A stretch of 64,000 nucleotides of DNA from Macrostomum lignano (lineage: Eukaryota), in contig NIVC01001106.1 in assembly GCA_002269645.1 (NCBI GenBank), forward strand, positions 124,001-188,000, written 5' to 3'. Position numbers and translations under genes: made by a program. The notes under the pieces are model-generated. The model ran no database searches and was not told the DNA's origin. It saw only the letters and a program-made list of their open reading frames with translations. The first letter of the stretch is position 1, and every line of letters begins with the position of its first letter. Below are positions 24,379 to 37,469 of the stretch, piece by piece.

Positions 24379-26436
24379 AGGCTTCTGTGCACTGATCCTG
24401 TGTATATACATGCCCTATTTGGATGGAAACTAATGGAGTCGAGAGTTCTACCTTATACTGTCGCAGAGGCATTGACAATGCAATAACAATACATTGCAAT
24501 ACTGGCGCCTTTGGTGTTGTTCTTATTCAGAACACTTCCAAGTATTGATTATATTCTGTTATATGGTTGACGATTCTCCTCTGCTCTTTGTGTAACTATT
24601 GATCTTTTCCTCTATTTCTCTTTGCTTAAATTAGGTTTTAAAAACACTTGTATATCATAATGTACTCCGTTTGTTATTTAGTCAGTTAAATTGCTCTCTA
24701 TTTTTGCTACTGCAAGTAATATTCTATTCTATATATCAATAATATCTACGTTTTCTAGTCTGCATATTAGAAACAATTACATGCAATGCAAACAATATTC
24801 CATTTTTCTAACTAAAGAAAATAAAATCACCAGCTAATTTTATGACTTAACTAATTTTTTTCAAAAAAAATGAATTGCTCGTAACTACTAGCTATTCAGT
24901 TCAGTAGTATGCAGAGCACTTATTGTTATTTTTTCTTTATATATTGTCTATGGCTTTTAAGGCTTAGCTTAAGTTTTTATTTTCATTTATATTTATCTCT
25001 AAGTAACAGCTAATTTTTCAACTCTTAGCTTGCATTTTCTGTAGTCTAAAAAACGTTTTTTCAATTCATTATTTTGCTTTGGTTTAGTTATCACTGTATC
25101 GGAATTGCCAGCATGAAGTGGTTTGTTTGATCGCTCAAATTTGCACTGTTGGAGCTTAATTCTGTTAACACAGTAAATATACAAAGACAACAATTTGCTT
25201 TCTCCAACTCTGACTACTGGACTATCTGTTGCAGAGTCATTTTTCTCACCTTATTGGCAAAGATCGCATTTAAATTGCTTTTAAATAGTATAGTTACCGT
25301 CTTTCTCCTTTATTTGTTACTTTCAAACAATAGAAGGGCACTAAGTACATGTCTGAGAAGGTTTGGGATATTCGGTAATGAAACTACGCTCGTACAAGTG
25401 TGAATAGTTGAAAGGTGTGAATAGTACTCTACGTACTGTATATTGTCATTTCCAAGACCAACTCAACTCCAAAAGGAGCCAGGGCGTCAGTGAGAAGTCC
25501 TTTTGAATGTGAGAAACTAATAGTGTTCGTTCGTCTATCGTGAAGGTTCTACTTTAATCAGGGCTTTTTCAAGTTTCAAGATGATTCAAGGCTGATATAG
25601 AGTAGAGAGAGATATTGCTTGGAGATGCCTATTGCCTAGGCTGATGGGGGGGGGGGTTTCTGAGATGTCGATTACCAAGGGTCCAATGGTAAATTGGGAG
25701 TTGGGAGTTATTGGTACGTCAAGCATCAAATGGAGATTTAGGGTTAGGCCGCGGCTTAATGGAAGGCTTTGATGCCAAAGCTCCAAGGGGATACTGACTG
25801 ATCTGATAGTGATATCTTAGGCCACGGCCTGACGGTACATATACGAGTACATAGTTAGGGACTTTTTTCATAAAAAATCCACTCTTCTTTGTTGCCTCCC
25901 CAACGGGTCGAAGATAGCTTTGCTAGTTTGCAACTTTGAATTTTGGGAACTAAGCTGGCTGACTCACTGACTGTCATTCTGTCAGTGGCGGACGGGTGGG
26001 GCGGGTGCTATTGCGTGCATGCCGGCTGGCCTGTGAGTGGGTGGTGGTGGGACTGTTGTTGGTTTTCTTTTAGAGAGCGGGGATAGAAAGTAGAGTTTAC
26101 TTTAATGATAGTAGTGAGGGCGGGTTAGGATTGGGAAGGGAACACTGAGTAAGGCTTAAAGGGTGGATGCGAGAAAGCCGAGAAACAGGAGGGTCGCAAG
26201 ACACGCACGAATTAGAGCCTTTGCTGTTGTTAGTCATCTTTGTCCTCGCTAGAGGGGCGAGTGGCGGTGGAGGTGAAATAAGATCGGAGGAGAGAAGAGT
26301 GATGAAACGAGAGGCCTACGCATGCTTCGCTTATCGATCGCCCCGGGAAGCACCCACCCCCGCCTTCTGTACACTCCTGTACATTCCGCGAGTGGCGGAG
26401 GAATGTGGGAACTTGAACCCCCCCCCGGCGTAATTA

Positions 26437-26712
26437 ATGGGCCCTAGTTTTAAGACCGGCGGAAGGGCTCCAGTCCAGTTTACTGGACAAACTAAATACG
26501 ACTTGGACTTCCGATTCCGAGCTGCTATGCTATCCAATGCTCCAGTCGCTGTGCCCTATGGCTACGATCCTGTTTTGTATAACGATCCAGCAATTCTGGA
26601 GGACTTGCTGCAGACGCAGGGCCACTACGCGCCGCATCCGTTCTATTGTCCGGACATCCAGCCAAACATTGAATTTGAAATGCGTCGGATTATAGTTGAG
26701 TGGCTTCGCGAT
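26437..26712 (+). CDS. CycD: Cyclin D-like exon 1 (start could instead be the ATG at 26527)
   Basis: DPVLYND...IQPNIEFEMRRIIVEWLRD resembles the cyclin D pre-box and cyclin box start; donor gtaagt. Confidence 0.8.
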
Positions 26713-26819
26713 GTAAGTGTACATTTCTTTTACTATTGATATTATTATACATCAATTTAATTATTTGTACCAAAACTTATTATAATTATTAACAAAACAC
26801 ACCCTTCAATGTCGCCCAG

Positions 26820-27038
26820 GTGTGTACAGATGCGAACTTTCTGGAAGGCTTGCCCAATTCAGTTCAAATGTTGGACCGCTATCTCAGCAAACCCGTGGCC
26901 AAGCCGGATCCCAACGATTTGCAATTGCTAGCGGCGGCTTGCATGTTTATTACTAGCAAGATCAAAGCTGTTGAACCAATGAGCGCAGCGACTGTGGTCT
27001 CTTATACTGATAATTTTATTGAGCTCGAACAGTTGCTG
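26820..27038 (+). CDS. CycD: Cyclin D-like exon 2 (cyclin box)
   Basis: VCTD...MLDRYLS...LQLLAAACMFITSKIKAVEPMSAATVVSYTDN; cccag| to CTG|gtgagt. Confidence 0.9.
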
Positions 27039-27099
27039 GTGAGTCTGTTTACTCTCTGTTCTACTCTGAGTCTGTACTTTACTGAAGGAGCTACCTGTC

Positions 27100-27555
27100 C
27101 ACTAAAGGACCCGTTGGATAGAGGGTTGCAGTTGCAGCCCACTGAAGGACCCGTTGGATAGGGGTTTGCAGCCCACTGAAGGACCCGTTGGATAGGGGTT
27201 TGCAGCCCACTGAAGGACCCGTTGGATAGGGGGTTGCAGTCCACTGAAGGACCCGTTGGATAGGGGTTTGCAGTCCACTGAAGGACCCGTTGGATAGGGG
27301 TTTGCAGCCCACTGAAGGACCCGTTGGATAGGGGGTTGCAGCCCACTGAAGGACCCGTTGGATAGGGGTTTGCAGCCCACTGAAGGACCCGTTGGATAGG
27401 GGGTTGCAGTCCACTGAAGGACCCGTTGGATAGGGGGTTGCAGTCCACTGAAGGACCCGTTGGATAGGGGGTTGCAGCCCACTGAAGGACCCGTTGGATA
27501 GGGGGTTGCAGCCCACTGAAGGACCCGTTGGATTGGGGTTTGCAGCCCACTGAAG
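27100..27555 (+). repeat. Minisatellite, 34-nt ACTGAAGGACCCGTTGGATAGGGG(G/T)TTGCAG(C/T)CC
   Basis: Fills cyclin intron 2. Confidence 0.95.
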
Positions 27556-27632
27556 GACTTGTTAGACAGTTGGTTGTCATTAACAGTAACAGTTCACTTC
27601 AAAAAATGAATTGTTGCCATTGCCAATTGCAG

Positions 27633-27804
27633 ATCGTGGAGCTGCACATAGCCAAGGCCCTGGATTGGGATCTTGTCGGTGTCACAGTTTACGACGTGAC
27701 CTTCACCCTCATCCGCTACCTGCAGCGCGACCTCGTCATTGGCGAGTTGGAGGCGGGCCTCCTGCTAGGACAGGCCCAGCTCTGCCTCATGGCTTTCCTG
27801 CTCG
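27633..27804 (+). CDS. CycD: Cyclin D-like exon 3
   Basis: ttgcag|ATC; IVELHIAKALDWDLVGVTVYD aligns to [20 protein letters not shown] of cyclin D; donor gtgcgc, phase 1. Confidence 0.8.
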
Positions 27805-27998
27805 GTGCGCTTGCGATGACCGATGGGATGACGAGGGGATTGACAGAATGGGGTTGGGATTCTATGGGATTACTGGGATTCGCAACTCAATGATAGGGAA
27901 TTTTAGCTTTGCAAATTAAAATCGCTAGCCAGCCACATGTACACCTGCTAGCATTTTTATTTAAATATCGTCCCACATTGATCTATCCAACCATGCAG

Positions 27999-28138
27999 AT
28001 CACGAGTCGCTGCGCTACCCTGTGTCACACCTGGCCGCCGCCTCGGTTCACTACCTGGCCTGGCGAGAGCTGAATCTGTCTCAGCACGATTTGCTCTCTA
28101 TTGAGCAGCGGCTGCTCAAACTGATGCACGTTGACCCG
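27999..28138 (+). CDS. CycD: Cyclin D-like exon 4
   Basis: atgcag|AT...CCG|gtgagt; DHESLRYPVSHLAAASVHYL resembles the F...PPSMIAAGSV helix of the second cyclin fold. Confidence 0.8.
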
Positions 28139-28244
28139 GTGAGTTAATCGTTTTTTAAAACAGTTATTGTGTAATGTTCATTCTACGCTACTTTTAAGTA
28201 GCGTAAGTGCAATTTCCGGTAGTATTGTAGTTTGGTATGTTTTT

Positions 28245-28279
28245 TATCTATCTATTTATCTGTCTATCTATTTATCTAT

Positions 28280-28341
<62 letters not shown>

Positions 28342-28418
28342 GTCTATCTATCTATCTATCTGTCTATCTGTCTATCTATCTATCTGTCTATCTATCTATC
28401 TATCTATCTGTCTATCTG

Positions 28419-28453
<35 letters not shown>

Positions 28454-28538
28454 GTCTATCTATCTATCTATCTGTCTGTCTATCTGTCTATCTGTCTATC
28501 TATCTATCTGTCTATCTATCTATCTATCTGTCTATCTG

Positions 28539-28585
<47 letters not shown>

Positions 28586-28590
28586 GTCTG

Positions 28591-28637
<47 letters not shown>

Positions 28638-28722
28638 GTCTATCTATCTATCTATCTATCTATCTATCCATCTATCTATCTGTCTGTCTATCTATCTATC
28701 TGTCTATCTATCTATCTATCTG

Positions 28723-28772
<50 letters not shown>

Positions 28773-28890
28773 CATCTATCTATCTGTCTGTCTATCTGTC
28801 TATCTGTCTATCTATCTATCTATCTGTCTATCTATCTATCTATCTATCTATCTGTCTATCTATCTGTCTATCTATCTATCTATCTATCTG

Positions 28891-28921
<31 letters not shown>

Positions 28922-28968
28922 GTCTATCTATCTATCTATCTATCTGTCTATCTAGGCCTATCTATCTG

Positions 28969-28999
<31 letters not shown>

Positions 29000-29024
29000 G
29001 TCTATCTATCTATCTATCTATCTG

Positions 29025-29067
<43 letters not shown>

Positions 29068-29190
29068 GTCTATCTATCTATCTATCTATCTGTCTATCTA
29101 GGCCTAACTATCTATCTATCTATCTATCTTTCTCCCTGTCTCCTCTCTCCCTCTCTGTCTGTCTGTCTCTCTCTCCCTCTGTCTCTAATG
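28245..29190 (+). repeat. (TCTA)n/(TCTG) microsatellite
   Basis: Fills cyclin intron 4. Confidence 0.98.
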
Positions 29191-29313
29191 TCCCTCTTTC
29201 CTTTCTCGAATTGATTTCTCTGTAATTATAAAATTAGCACTATGTGTAAATATCTTTGTTACTACGAGTATTCTAGCAGTTTTTATAAGCCAACTTAACT
29301 CATTCGCCCGCAG

Positions 29314-29403
29314 AGCTCCCAGTCCTGGTTGAGAAGCAGAAATTTCGCGCGCCGTTGTCTGCAGCAGCATCTCTCCGAGCAGCCAGTGGGTGGAACAAAT
29401 TGA
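29314..29403 (+). CDS. CycD: Candidate last cyclin exon
   Basis: Branch-like cttaac followed by ccgcag| acceptor; SSQSWLRSRNFARRCLQQHLSEQPVGGTN*; no clear homology. Confidence 0.4.
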   Translation, partial: SSQSWLRSRNFARRCLQQHLSEQPVGGTN

Positions 29404-29639
29404 AAATCACTCAGGCTTTACTGCACGGCTAAGATTTGTTTGCCTCTTCTTTCAGCTGAATTTGTTGCTTCTTCTGTTTGCTTTTCCATCATTGTCCAGC
29501 AATTTACCTTATTGCTGACAAGCCGTTGGATTCAAGAGTTACCTATTGATCTTTCCACTGAAATTTGTTTCATTTTGTATATTTTGACCTGAAGTTCCCG
29601 AGTTTAAAGAAATACTAATCTGATGTTATCGGTTCTAAG

Positions 29640-30050
29640 AAATTCCAAAATAGGATTTGTGGAGTCTAAGAAATCCCAAAATAGGATTCATAGATCCTTA
29701 AGAATCCCAAGCTAGAATTTATGGATTCTGAGTGATCCCAAACCAGGATTTATGGATTCTAAGAAGTCCCAATCTAGGATTTATGGATTCTGAGAAATCC
29801 CAAACTATGATTTATGGATTCTAAGAAATCCCAAACTAGGATTTATGGATTCTGAGAAATCCCAAGCTAGGATTTATGGATTCTAAGAAATCCAAAACTG
29901 GGATTTATGAATTCTAATAAATCCCAAACTAGTATTTATGGATTCTAAGAAATCCCAAACTGGGACTTATAGATTCAAGGAAATCCGTTTCTTTAACCGG
30001 TTCTAAAATCACACTAGAATTTATGGATTCTAAGAAATCCCAAGCAAGGA
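29640..30050 (+). repeat. Minisatellite, 31-nt TTCTAAGAAATCCCAAACTAGGATTTATGGA
   Basis: Direct reading. Confidence 0.9.
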
Positions 30051-30809
30051 TGAATCCCAATCTCATTGCGTCTCTGAAAGAGACCTATTGTCCTATCGGA
30101 GCTGTTCGTTTTTTATTTCTATTATTCTTTGTTTTTCCTTTAAATCTTAAAACAATTTGCTTGAAACGCCTAATAAAAAGAGTCCATTCTGCTTTGTCAA
30201 TTTGTGTGCTCTATTAATATCTATGCTAGTTTATTTAGCCCTTTTGCAATCGCTTCTCATGGCAAATCCCGTATTTGTTAGCTCAACAACTAACAAACTC
30301 GCTGCATGATTTTATTAGAATTTCAAACCGTTCAATCTTACTACTTAATTTCACTTTTAAGCAGTAGAGCATCCCGGTTATTGCTGTTATTTATATGCGT
30401 TTTAAATTAAAAATTCTGAATTTTCTTAATTCTTTCTGAAAAAGAAAGCTTGCTTGCTGATTTTTTATCCTTATTCAAAGGAAGTAAGTTTCTAAGTTCA
30501 TGGTTCATGGTCACGTATGTTCCCAACATATCAGCAATTTAAAATGGTTGAATCTGTGCGTTTTTATTATTTATTGTTATAACCTCTGCACCCCGTGTGC
30601 CCGATGCTCGTCTGTTTGCCTGGCCTGCGCGTGGTTTTATATATGTAAGAAAAATCGCTTTATTAGTAAGTGCATGTAAAGCGATGTACTTTTAAGTACC
30701 GTTGGCTTTCACCTTTGAAAATTAAAAAGTTACACGTGTTTTAAATTGATTTTTGTTATTTTTGTTTCTTTTGTTTTGTTAGATGCTCATAAGTTGGATT
30801 GAGTCACAC

Positions 30810-31510
30810 TGGCCTAGCTGAGAGCCACACTGGCCAATCACAGCTCTGCTGAGAGCCACACTGGCCAATCACAGCTCTGCTGAGAGCCACACTGGCCAAT
30901 CACAGCTCTGCTGAGACCCACACTGGCCAATCACAGCTCTGCTGAGAGCCACACTGGCCAATCACAGCTCTGCTGAGAGCCACACTGGCCAATCACAGCT
31001 CTGCTGGGAGACACGCTGACCAATCACAGATCTGCTAGGAGCCACACTGGCCAATCACAGATCTGCTGGGAGCCACACTGATCAATCACAGATCTGCTAG
31101 CTGGTAAACACTGGCCTAGCTAGCTGAGAGCCACACTGGCCAATCACAGCTCTGCTGAGAGCCACACTGGCCAATCACAGCTCTGCTGAGAGCCACACTG
31201 GCCAATCACAGCTCTGCTGGGAGACACGCTGACCAATCACAGATCTGCTAGGAGCCACACTGGCCAATCACAGATCTGCTGGGAGCCACACTGATCAATC
31301 ACAGATCTGCTAGCTGGTAAACACTGGCCTAGCTAGCTGAGAGCCACACTGGCCAATCACAGCTCTACTGAGAGCCACACTGGCCAATCACAGCTCTGCT
31401 GAGAGCCACACTGGCCAATTACAGATCAGCTAGCTGGTAAACACTGGCCTAGCTGAGAGCCACACTGGCCAATCACAGATCTGCTGAGAGTCGCACTGGC
31501 CAATCACATG
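30810..31510 (+). repeat. Minisatellite, 31-nt GAGCCACACTGGCCAATCACAGCTCTGCTGA, with a higher-order duplication
   Basis: Direct reading. Confidence 0.95.
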
Positions 31511-32945
31511 GTGTACAGTACGCGTAGCAGAGCTGTTTGCGTCGTGTAGTGTAGAAAAATCAATACTTTAATACTTATGTACGTAAATCTTTATGAATTG
31601 TGCATTTTGAACTTCAGTTCAACTGCCCGTTGAATCGGGATACAATTTATTACATTTAAATCAGGACATTACATTTACATTTATTAAATTTTACATTTAT
31701 TCAATTACAATTAATGATCAGGAAAGAATTGCACACAGTTAAAAACTTTTACTATATTAGACCGCGGGAAAAATACATTTAATTAAAATCAATAACTACA
31801 TGCACTTTAGTAACGAATTAGGATTAATTAAAATTATGAAATGATAAAAATTTAGTTAAAAATAAGCTGGAATGGATCTACTGAGCTTAATGAGATTTTG
31901 AAAGTACATAATTACGAGTCATATTTCAATCTCTGAAAAAAGGTACAAACCACTAAAAAAAGGCTACAGGTTACCTACAGTAATTTTAAGTGCACTTTAG
32001 ATAAATTTCTTGTTGGTATAAAAATTTCCATGAAGTAAATGAATAGGTAATATAGTACTAAAACAGTAGGTAAACGAGCATATGCACATCTATATAGTGT
32101 GGAGCTCAAACTCGCAAAATTTATAGCTGTAGATTCAATCGAAAAAAATGCACTGCATTTAATGACAAACAAATCAATAATTTTATATCTACATGTGCAC
32201 TCCAAAGACTGCATACTTGATAACAGAATATGTTTGAAATCCTTTTTCAACCGAGACTTGTACAGGTGGGATCAGGGCCGTACGTATTGGAATGCCAACT
32301 AACGATCATATAATCATAGATTCTCCGTAGCATATAATTGCACACTTACAAGCCTATAAGTACATGTGGCGTTACATAATCAATGAGAACGGGGCCACGT
32401 ATTTCTCAATCTCAGTACGTACAGAGAGCATAAACTCAATCTATAATCAGGAATTATTACTTTTTGCAATAGTTGCTCAATAATAAAAAATGACTAGAAT
32501 TTGTTTTTCTCACAGGCTTATAACAAACCTAACCGATTAACATTGTTGTAGCCGGGGATTGTTGGTTGAATGATTAACCTGTCTGCCGTGATGCCCACTG
32601 GAATTGAACAAACAAGAAATTGGGTTTTGCAGATCGTTACATATAAAAGCAATGGCTAACACTTTTATTTCAATATATACATTAAAGTACATCCCACACT
32701 CCATTACTAAAGTACTCGTACTACATTTCACCCTCCATTATTAAATTACAAAAAATTCTACCTTCCATTATTATGGTACATTTACACCCTCCACTATTAT
32801 TAAAGTATACATCACGCCCTTATTAAAGTACATACACTCTCTATGCCTTGGGGGCTGGCCCTTCCTATATTATTGCAACAGAGTAGCAAACTTGAATTAA
32901 AAGTGCAAAGCGTAATTTCACCCGCAGAATTCGCAGTAGCACCCC

Positions 32946-33520
32946 CTAGCCGTGACTTTTGTACAGGCTGACAAAATTTCTCGCCACGTAGCCCTCCTCG
33001 GCCGTCTCGCCGTCGGCGGCATCGGCGTCGCCTTCTCGCCGGCACCACCACCAGGCGGTCTCGGCGCCGTCTCCTTTGCGCACGACAGTCAGCTGATCGC
33101 CGCGCGCCAGCGCCAGCTCGTCCGCCTGCTCCGGCGAGTAGTCGAACGCGGCGAACACTCGGCTGGAATTGTCGACGCCAAGGCGGTCCTCCTCGGCGCG
33201 GAGCCACACTTCGACTGGGCCGCCATTGTGGCACAGGTCGAAAGGAGTCTCCGAGTCGGAGTGGGTGGTGCAGTAGAGCACCGCGCCGGAGCCCACTAGG
33301 AGCTTGGTGAGCGGCAGCGAGTCGCAGGTGACGGCGCAGTGCAACGGCGTCCAGCCGTCCTGATCTGCCGCGTTGACGTCGGCGCCGCTGTCGATGAGGT
33401 ACTGGACAATACGGGCGTGCCCGGCGCAGACGGCGTTGTGCAGGGCGCTGATGCCTTCGCTGTTGGCCGCCGAGGGGTCGCCGAGCTGGCCGGTGTAGCG
33501 CTGGACCTGGGCCAGGTCGC
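32946..33520 (-). CDS. ASPP: ASPP-family terminal exon: ankyrin repeats and SH3
   Basis: DPSAANSEGISALHNAVCAGH...DVNAADQDGWTPLHCA and SH3 VFAAFDY...WWW...GYVARNFVSLY match the TP53BP2/PPP1R13B C-terminus; acceptor atcacag|. Confidence 0.93.
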
Positions 33521-33554
33521 CTGTGATGGGCGGGTGAGCGATGAGTCAAGTCTT

Positions 33555-34830
33555 TGGGCTGGGATGGGGATTCTGGATTTGGGATGGGGATCGATGGCAT
33601 GGGGATCGATGGCATGGGGATCGATGGGATGGGGATCGATGGAATGGGGATCGATGGCATGGGGATCGATGGCATGGGGATCGATGGCATGGGGATCGAT
33701 GGCATGGGGATCGATGGCATGGGGATCGATGGCATGGGGATCGATGGCATGGGGATCGATGGCATGGGGATCGATGGCATGGGGATCGATGGCATGGGGA
33801 TTGATGGCATGGGGATCGATGGCATGGGGATCGATGGCATGGGGATCGATGGCATGGGGATCGATGGCATTGGGATGGAGATTCTGGATTTGGGATGGGG
33901 GATGATGGATTTGGGATGGGGATTTCTGGATTTGGGATGGGGATTTCTGGATTTGGATGGAGATTTCTGGATTTCGGAAGGGGATTTCTGGATTTGGGAT
34001 GGGGATTTCTGGATTTGGGATGGGGGACGATGGATTTGGGATGGGGATTTCTGGATTTGGGATGGGGATTTTTGGATTTGGATGGAGATTTCTGGATTTC
34101 GGAAGGGGATTTCTGGATTTGGGATGGGGATTTCTGGATTTGCATGGAGATTTCTGGATTTGGGATGGGGATTTCTAGATTTGGGATGGGGATTTCTGGA
34201 TTTGGGATGGGGATCGATGGATTTGGAATGGGGATTTCTGGATTTGGGATGGGGATTTCTGGATTTGGGATGGGGGTTTCTGGATTTGGGATGGGGATTT
34301 CTGGATTTGGGATGGGGATTTCTATATTTGGGATGGGATTTCTGGATTTGGGATGGGGATCGATGGATTTGGGATGGGGATTTCTGGATTTGGGATGGGG
34401 ATCGATGGATTTGGAATGGGGATTTCTGGATTTGGGATGGGGATTTCTGGATTTGGGATGGGGGTTTCTGGATTTGGGATGGGGATTTCTGGATTTGGGA
34501 TGGGGATTTCTATATTTGGGATGGGATTTCTGGATTTGGGATGGGGATCGATGGATTTGGGATGGGGATTTCTGGATTTGGGATGGGGATTTCTGGATTT
34601 GGGATGGGGATTTCTGGATTTGGGATGGGGATCGATGGATTTGGGATGGGGATCGATGGATTTGGGATGGGGATTTCTGGATTTGGGATGGGGATTTCTG
34701 GATTTGGGATGGGGATTTCTGGATTTGGGATGGGGATTTCTGGTTTTGGGATGGGATTTCTGGAATTGGGATGGGATTTCTGGATTTGGGATGGGGATTT
34801 CTGGATTTGGGATGGATATTGGGGATTCAT
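33555..34830 (+). repeat. Compound minisatellite: 15-nt GGGATCGATGGCATG then 21-nt GGGATGGGGATTTCTGGATTT
   Basis: Last ASPP intron, acceptor side. Confidence 0.95.
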
Positions 34831-35374
34831 TTTAAATCTGGACTTCTAAGCTCTAGCCCAGATTCTTTAATCCATCGAATCAAATGACAGCATTAAGATT
34901 GCGCTTGTAGGTCAGACTCATACATTTATCCACTTTTTAATCCAGGCAATATCCCAGGAAACCGGCCAACTGCAATCAATCAGCACGAAAAGCCGTGGCT
35001 GGCACCATTTTCGATTCTCCCCAACTACCAATTGCACAGCAGGGGTTGCACACTGCGACAAATCCCAAGGGAGATCCATTTTGGGCTTGTAGATATTTAC
35101 TGGCTGGCCGGCTGGCCTTCAAATCCCAAACTTCAATATGGGATAAAGGGAAATGGTGACATTCGATAAATATTCCGACCTCTCCCATAACTTTGTATTC
35201 TCCATCATAATTTCCCAGCTGCCGGTCCCGATCCCCGTTACACATTTTATAAACATTTCTGGACAAAACTTTGGCATCGGGAGAGAGAGCGGGGAAAGTG
35301 CAAATGTCACGGCCGGTGCACTTTAAGCTGCGGGATCTCTAAGCAACAGGAACCATGCCAACAAGTCTCCAGCC

Positions 35375-36440
35375 TACCCAACGAATCCCCAACCTACCCA
35401 ACGAATCCCCAACCTACCCAACGAATCCCCAACCTACCCAACGAATCTCCAGCCTACCCAACGAATCCCCAACCTACCCAACGAATCCCCAACCTACCCA
35501 ACGAATCCACAAAACCTACCCAACGAATCCCTAACCTACCCAACGAATCCCCAACCTACCCAACGAATCCACAAAACCTACCCAACGAATCCCAAACCTA
35601 CCCAACGAATCCCCAACCTACCCAACGAATCTCTAACCTACCCAACGAATCCCAAACCTACCCAACGAATCCGTAACCTACCCAACGAATCCCCAACCTA
35701 CCCAACGAATCCCCAACCTACCTAACGAATCCCCAACCTACCCAACGAATCCCCAACCTACCCAACGAATCCCCAACCTACCCAACGAATCTCCAACCTA
35801 CCCAACGAATCCCCAACCTACCCAACGAATCCCCAACCTACCCAACGAATCCCCAACCTACCCAACGAATCCCAAACCTACCCAACGAATCCACCCAACC
35901 TACCCAACGAATCCACCCAACGTAACCTACCCAACGAATCCACCCAACCTACCCAACGAATCCACCCAACCTACCCGTCGAATCCAACCAACCTACCCAA
36001 CGAATCCACCCAACCTACCCAACGAATCCAACCAACCTACCCAACGAATCCACCCAACCTACCCAACGAATCCACCCAACGTAACCTACCCAACGAATCC
36101 ACCCAACCTACCCAACGAATCCAACCAACCTACCCAACGAATCCAACCAACCTACCCAACGAATCCACCCAACCTACTCAACGAATCCAACCAACCTACC
36201 CAACGAATCCAACCAACCTACCCAACGAATCCAACCAACCTACCCAACGAATCCACCCAACCTACCCAACGAATCCAACCAACCTACCCAACGAATCCAC
36301 CCAACCTACCCAACGAATCCAACCAACCTACCCAACGAATCCACCCAACCTACCTAACGAATCCACCCAACCTACCCAACGAATCCAACCAACCTACCCA
36401 ACGAATCCACCCAACCTACCCAACGAATCCACCCAACCCA
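35375..36440 (+). repeat. Minisatellite, 20-nt then 22-nt CCCAACGAATCC(AC)CCAACCTA
   Basis: Last ASPP intron, donor side. Confidence 0.95.
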
Positions 36441-36465
36441 CTCAGCATTATTCGCCGTCCCTCAC

Positions 36466-37427
36466 CTTGAATGGCGGCATCCAGCAGGAGGGTCAGCGGG
36501 TCGAAGGTGACCGAGCGCTGCTGCCCGGACCCGTCCACCTGATCCCCGTCGCCATTGGAGCCGGATTTTTCTGCATTGTTCCCGGCGTCGTTATTGCTGC
36601 TTTTATTGTTCTTCTTCTTCTTGCCGTTGCTGAGAATCCCAGACACAACCGTGGGCGGCGGAGCTCCGCTAGATTTCCCCTTAGCAACCGGCGCCGCCTC
36701 ATCGTAGTCGGAGAGGCTGAGATCGTCCTCGTCGTCCAGCTTGGCGATCGGCGCCATCCAGCCGCCAGTCGGGGCGCCGGGCGGATCGTCTGGACGACGG
36801 CGACGTTCGCCGGGCGGCGGCGGCGGCTCCTCGGTCAGGCAGGCCGGGTCCTCCTCTCCGGACGAGTCGGTCTCGGATCCCGGCGGCTGCTCCGGTGCTT
36901 TGGACTCTGAATGCGACTTTTCAGCAGCCGCTGCCGCTGCCGCCTCGGCCTCAGCCTTGGCTTCGGCAGCTTCGACCTCGTCGGCGGGATCTTGGACGAC
37001 TAGGGAGTCGCGCTGATTCGGCGCCGCTGTCGCCTCGCGTCGGATCAGATCGTCAAGACGGTCGCGCGACAGGAGAAGCTCGGTGGAAGACGCCGATGAG
37101 GCGGAAGTGACGGCGGCAGAGGCAGCGGCAGAGGCAGCGGCAGCGGCGACAGGCACAGGCGGAACGTGACGGCGATGCGACGGCGGCGGCGAGGGAGGAG
37201 CCTGCGGCAGCGGTCGACGACGCTGCAACGACGGCGCCGGCGGCGGTTGCTGCTGCTGTTGAGCAGCTGGTTGTGGCGCCGGTGGCAGCGGCGGCAGCGG
37301 CGGCAGCGGTCGAGAGTTCTGACGCTGGTGCGGCTGCTGCTGCTGAGGAGGCTGCGACGCTGAGTTAGCGGAGGTAATGGCGGCCGCTTGTCTAAAATTA
37401 GCAGAAGAGGCCGATTGAAATGGCTTC
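36466..37427 (-). CDS. ASPP: ASPP Pro-rich exon ending in an RVxF motif (an alternative in-phase acceptor gives start 37391)
   Basis: Open Pro/Gln/Ala-rich frame ending RSVTFDPLTLLLDAAIQG|gtgagg, equivalent to ASPP RVKFNPLALLLDSSLEG. Confidence 0.88.
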
Positions 37428-37469
37428 CTAGGTGAGACAGTGGAAGACACCAAGACAGAAACTTTACAA

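Noticed and set aside
28167-29214. ORFs of IYLS repeats (also 6397-6942, 7762-8298)
   Set aside because: Tetranucleotide microsatellite read-through.
33554-34887. Trp/Gly/Asp-rich repeat proteins
   Set aside because: Encoded by 15- and 21-nt intronic arrays on the strand opposite ASPP.
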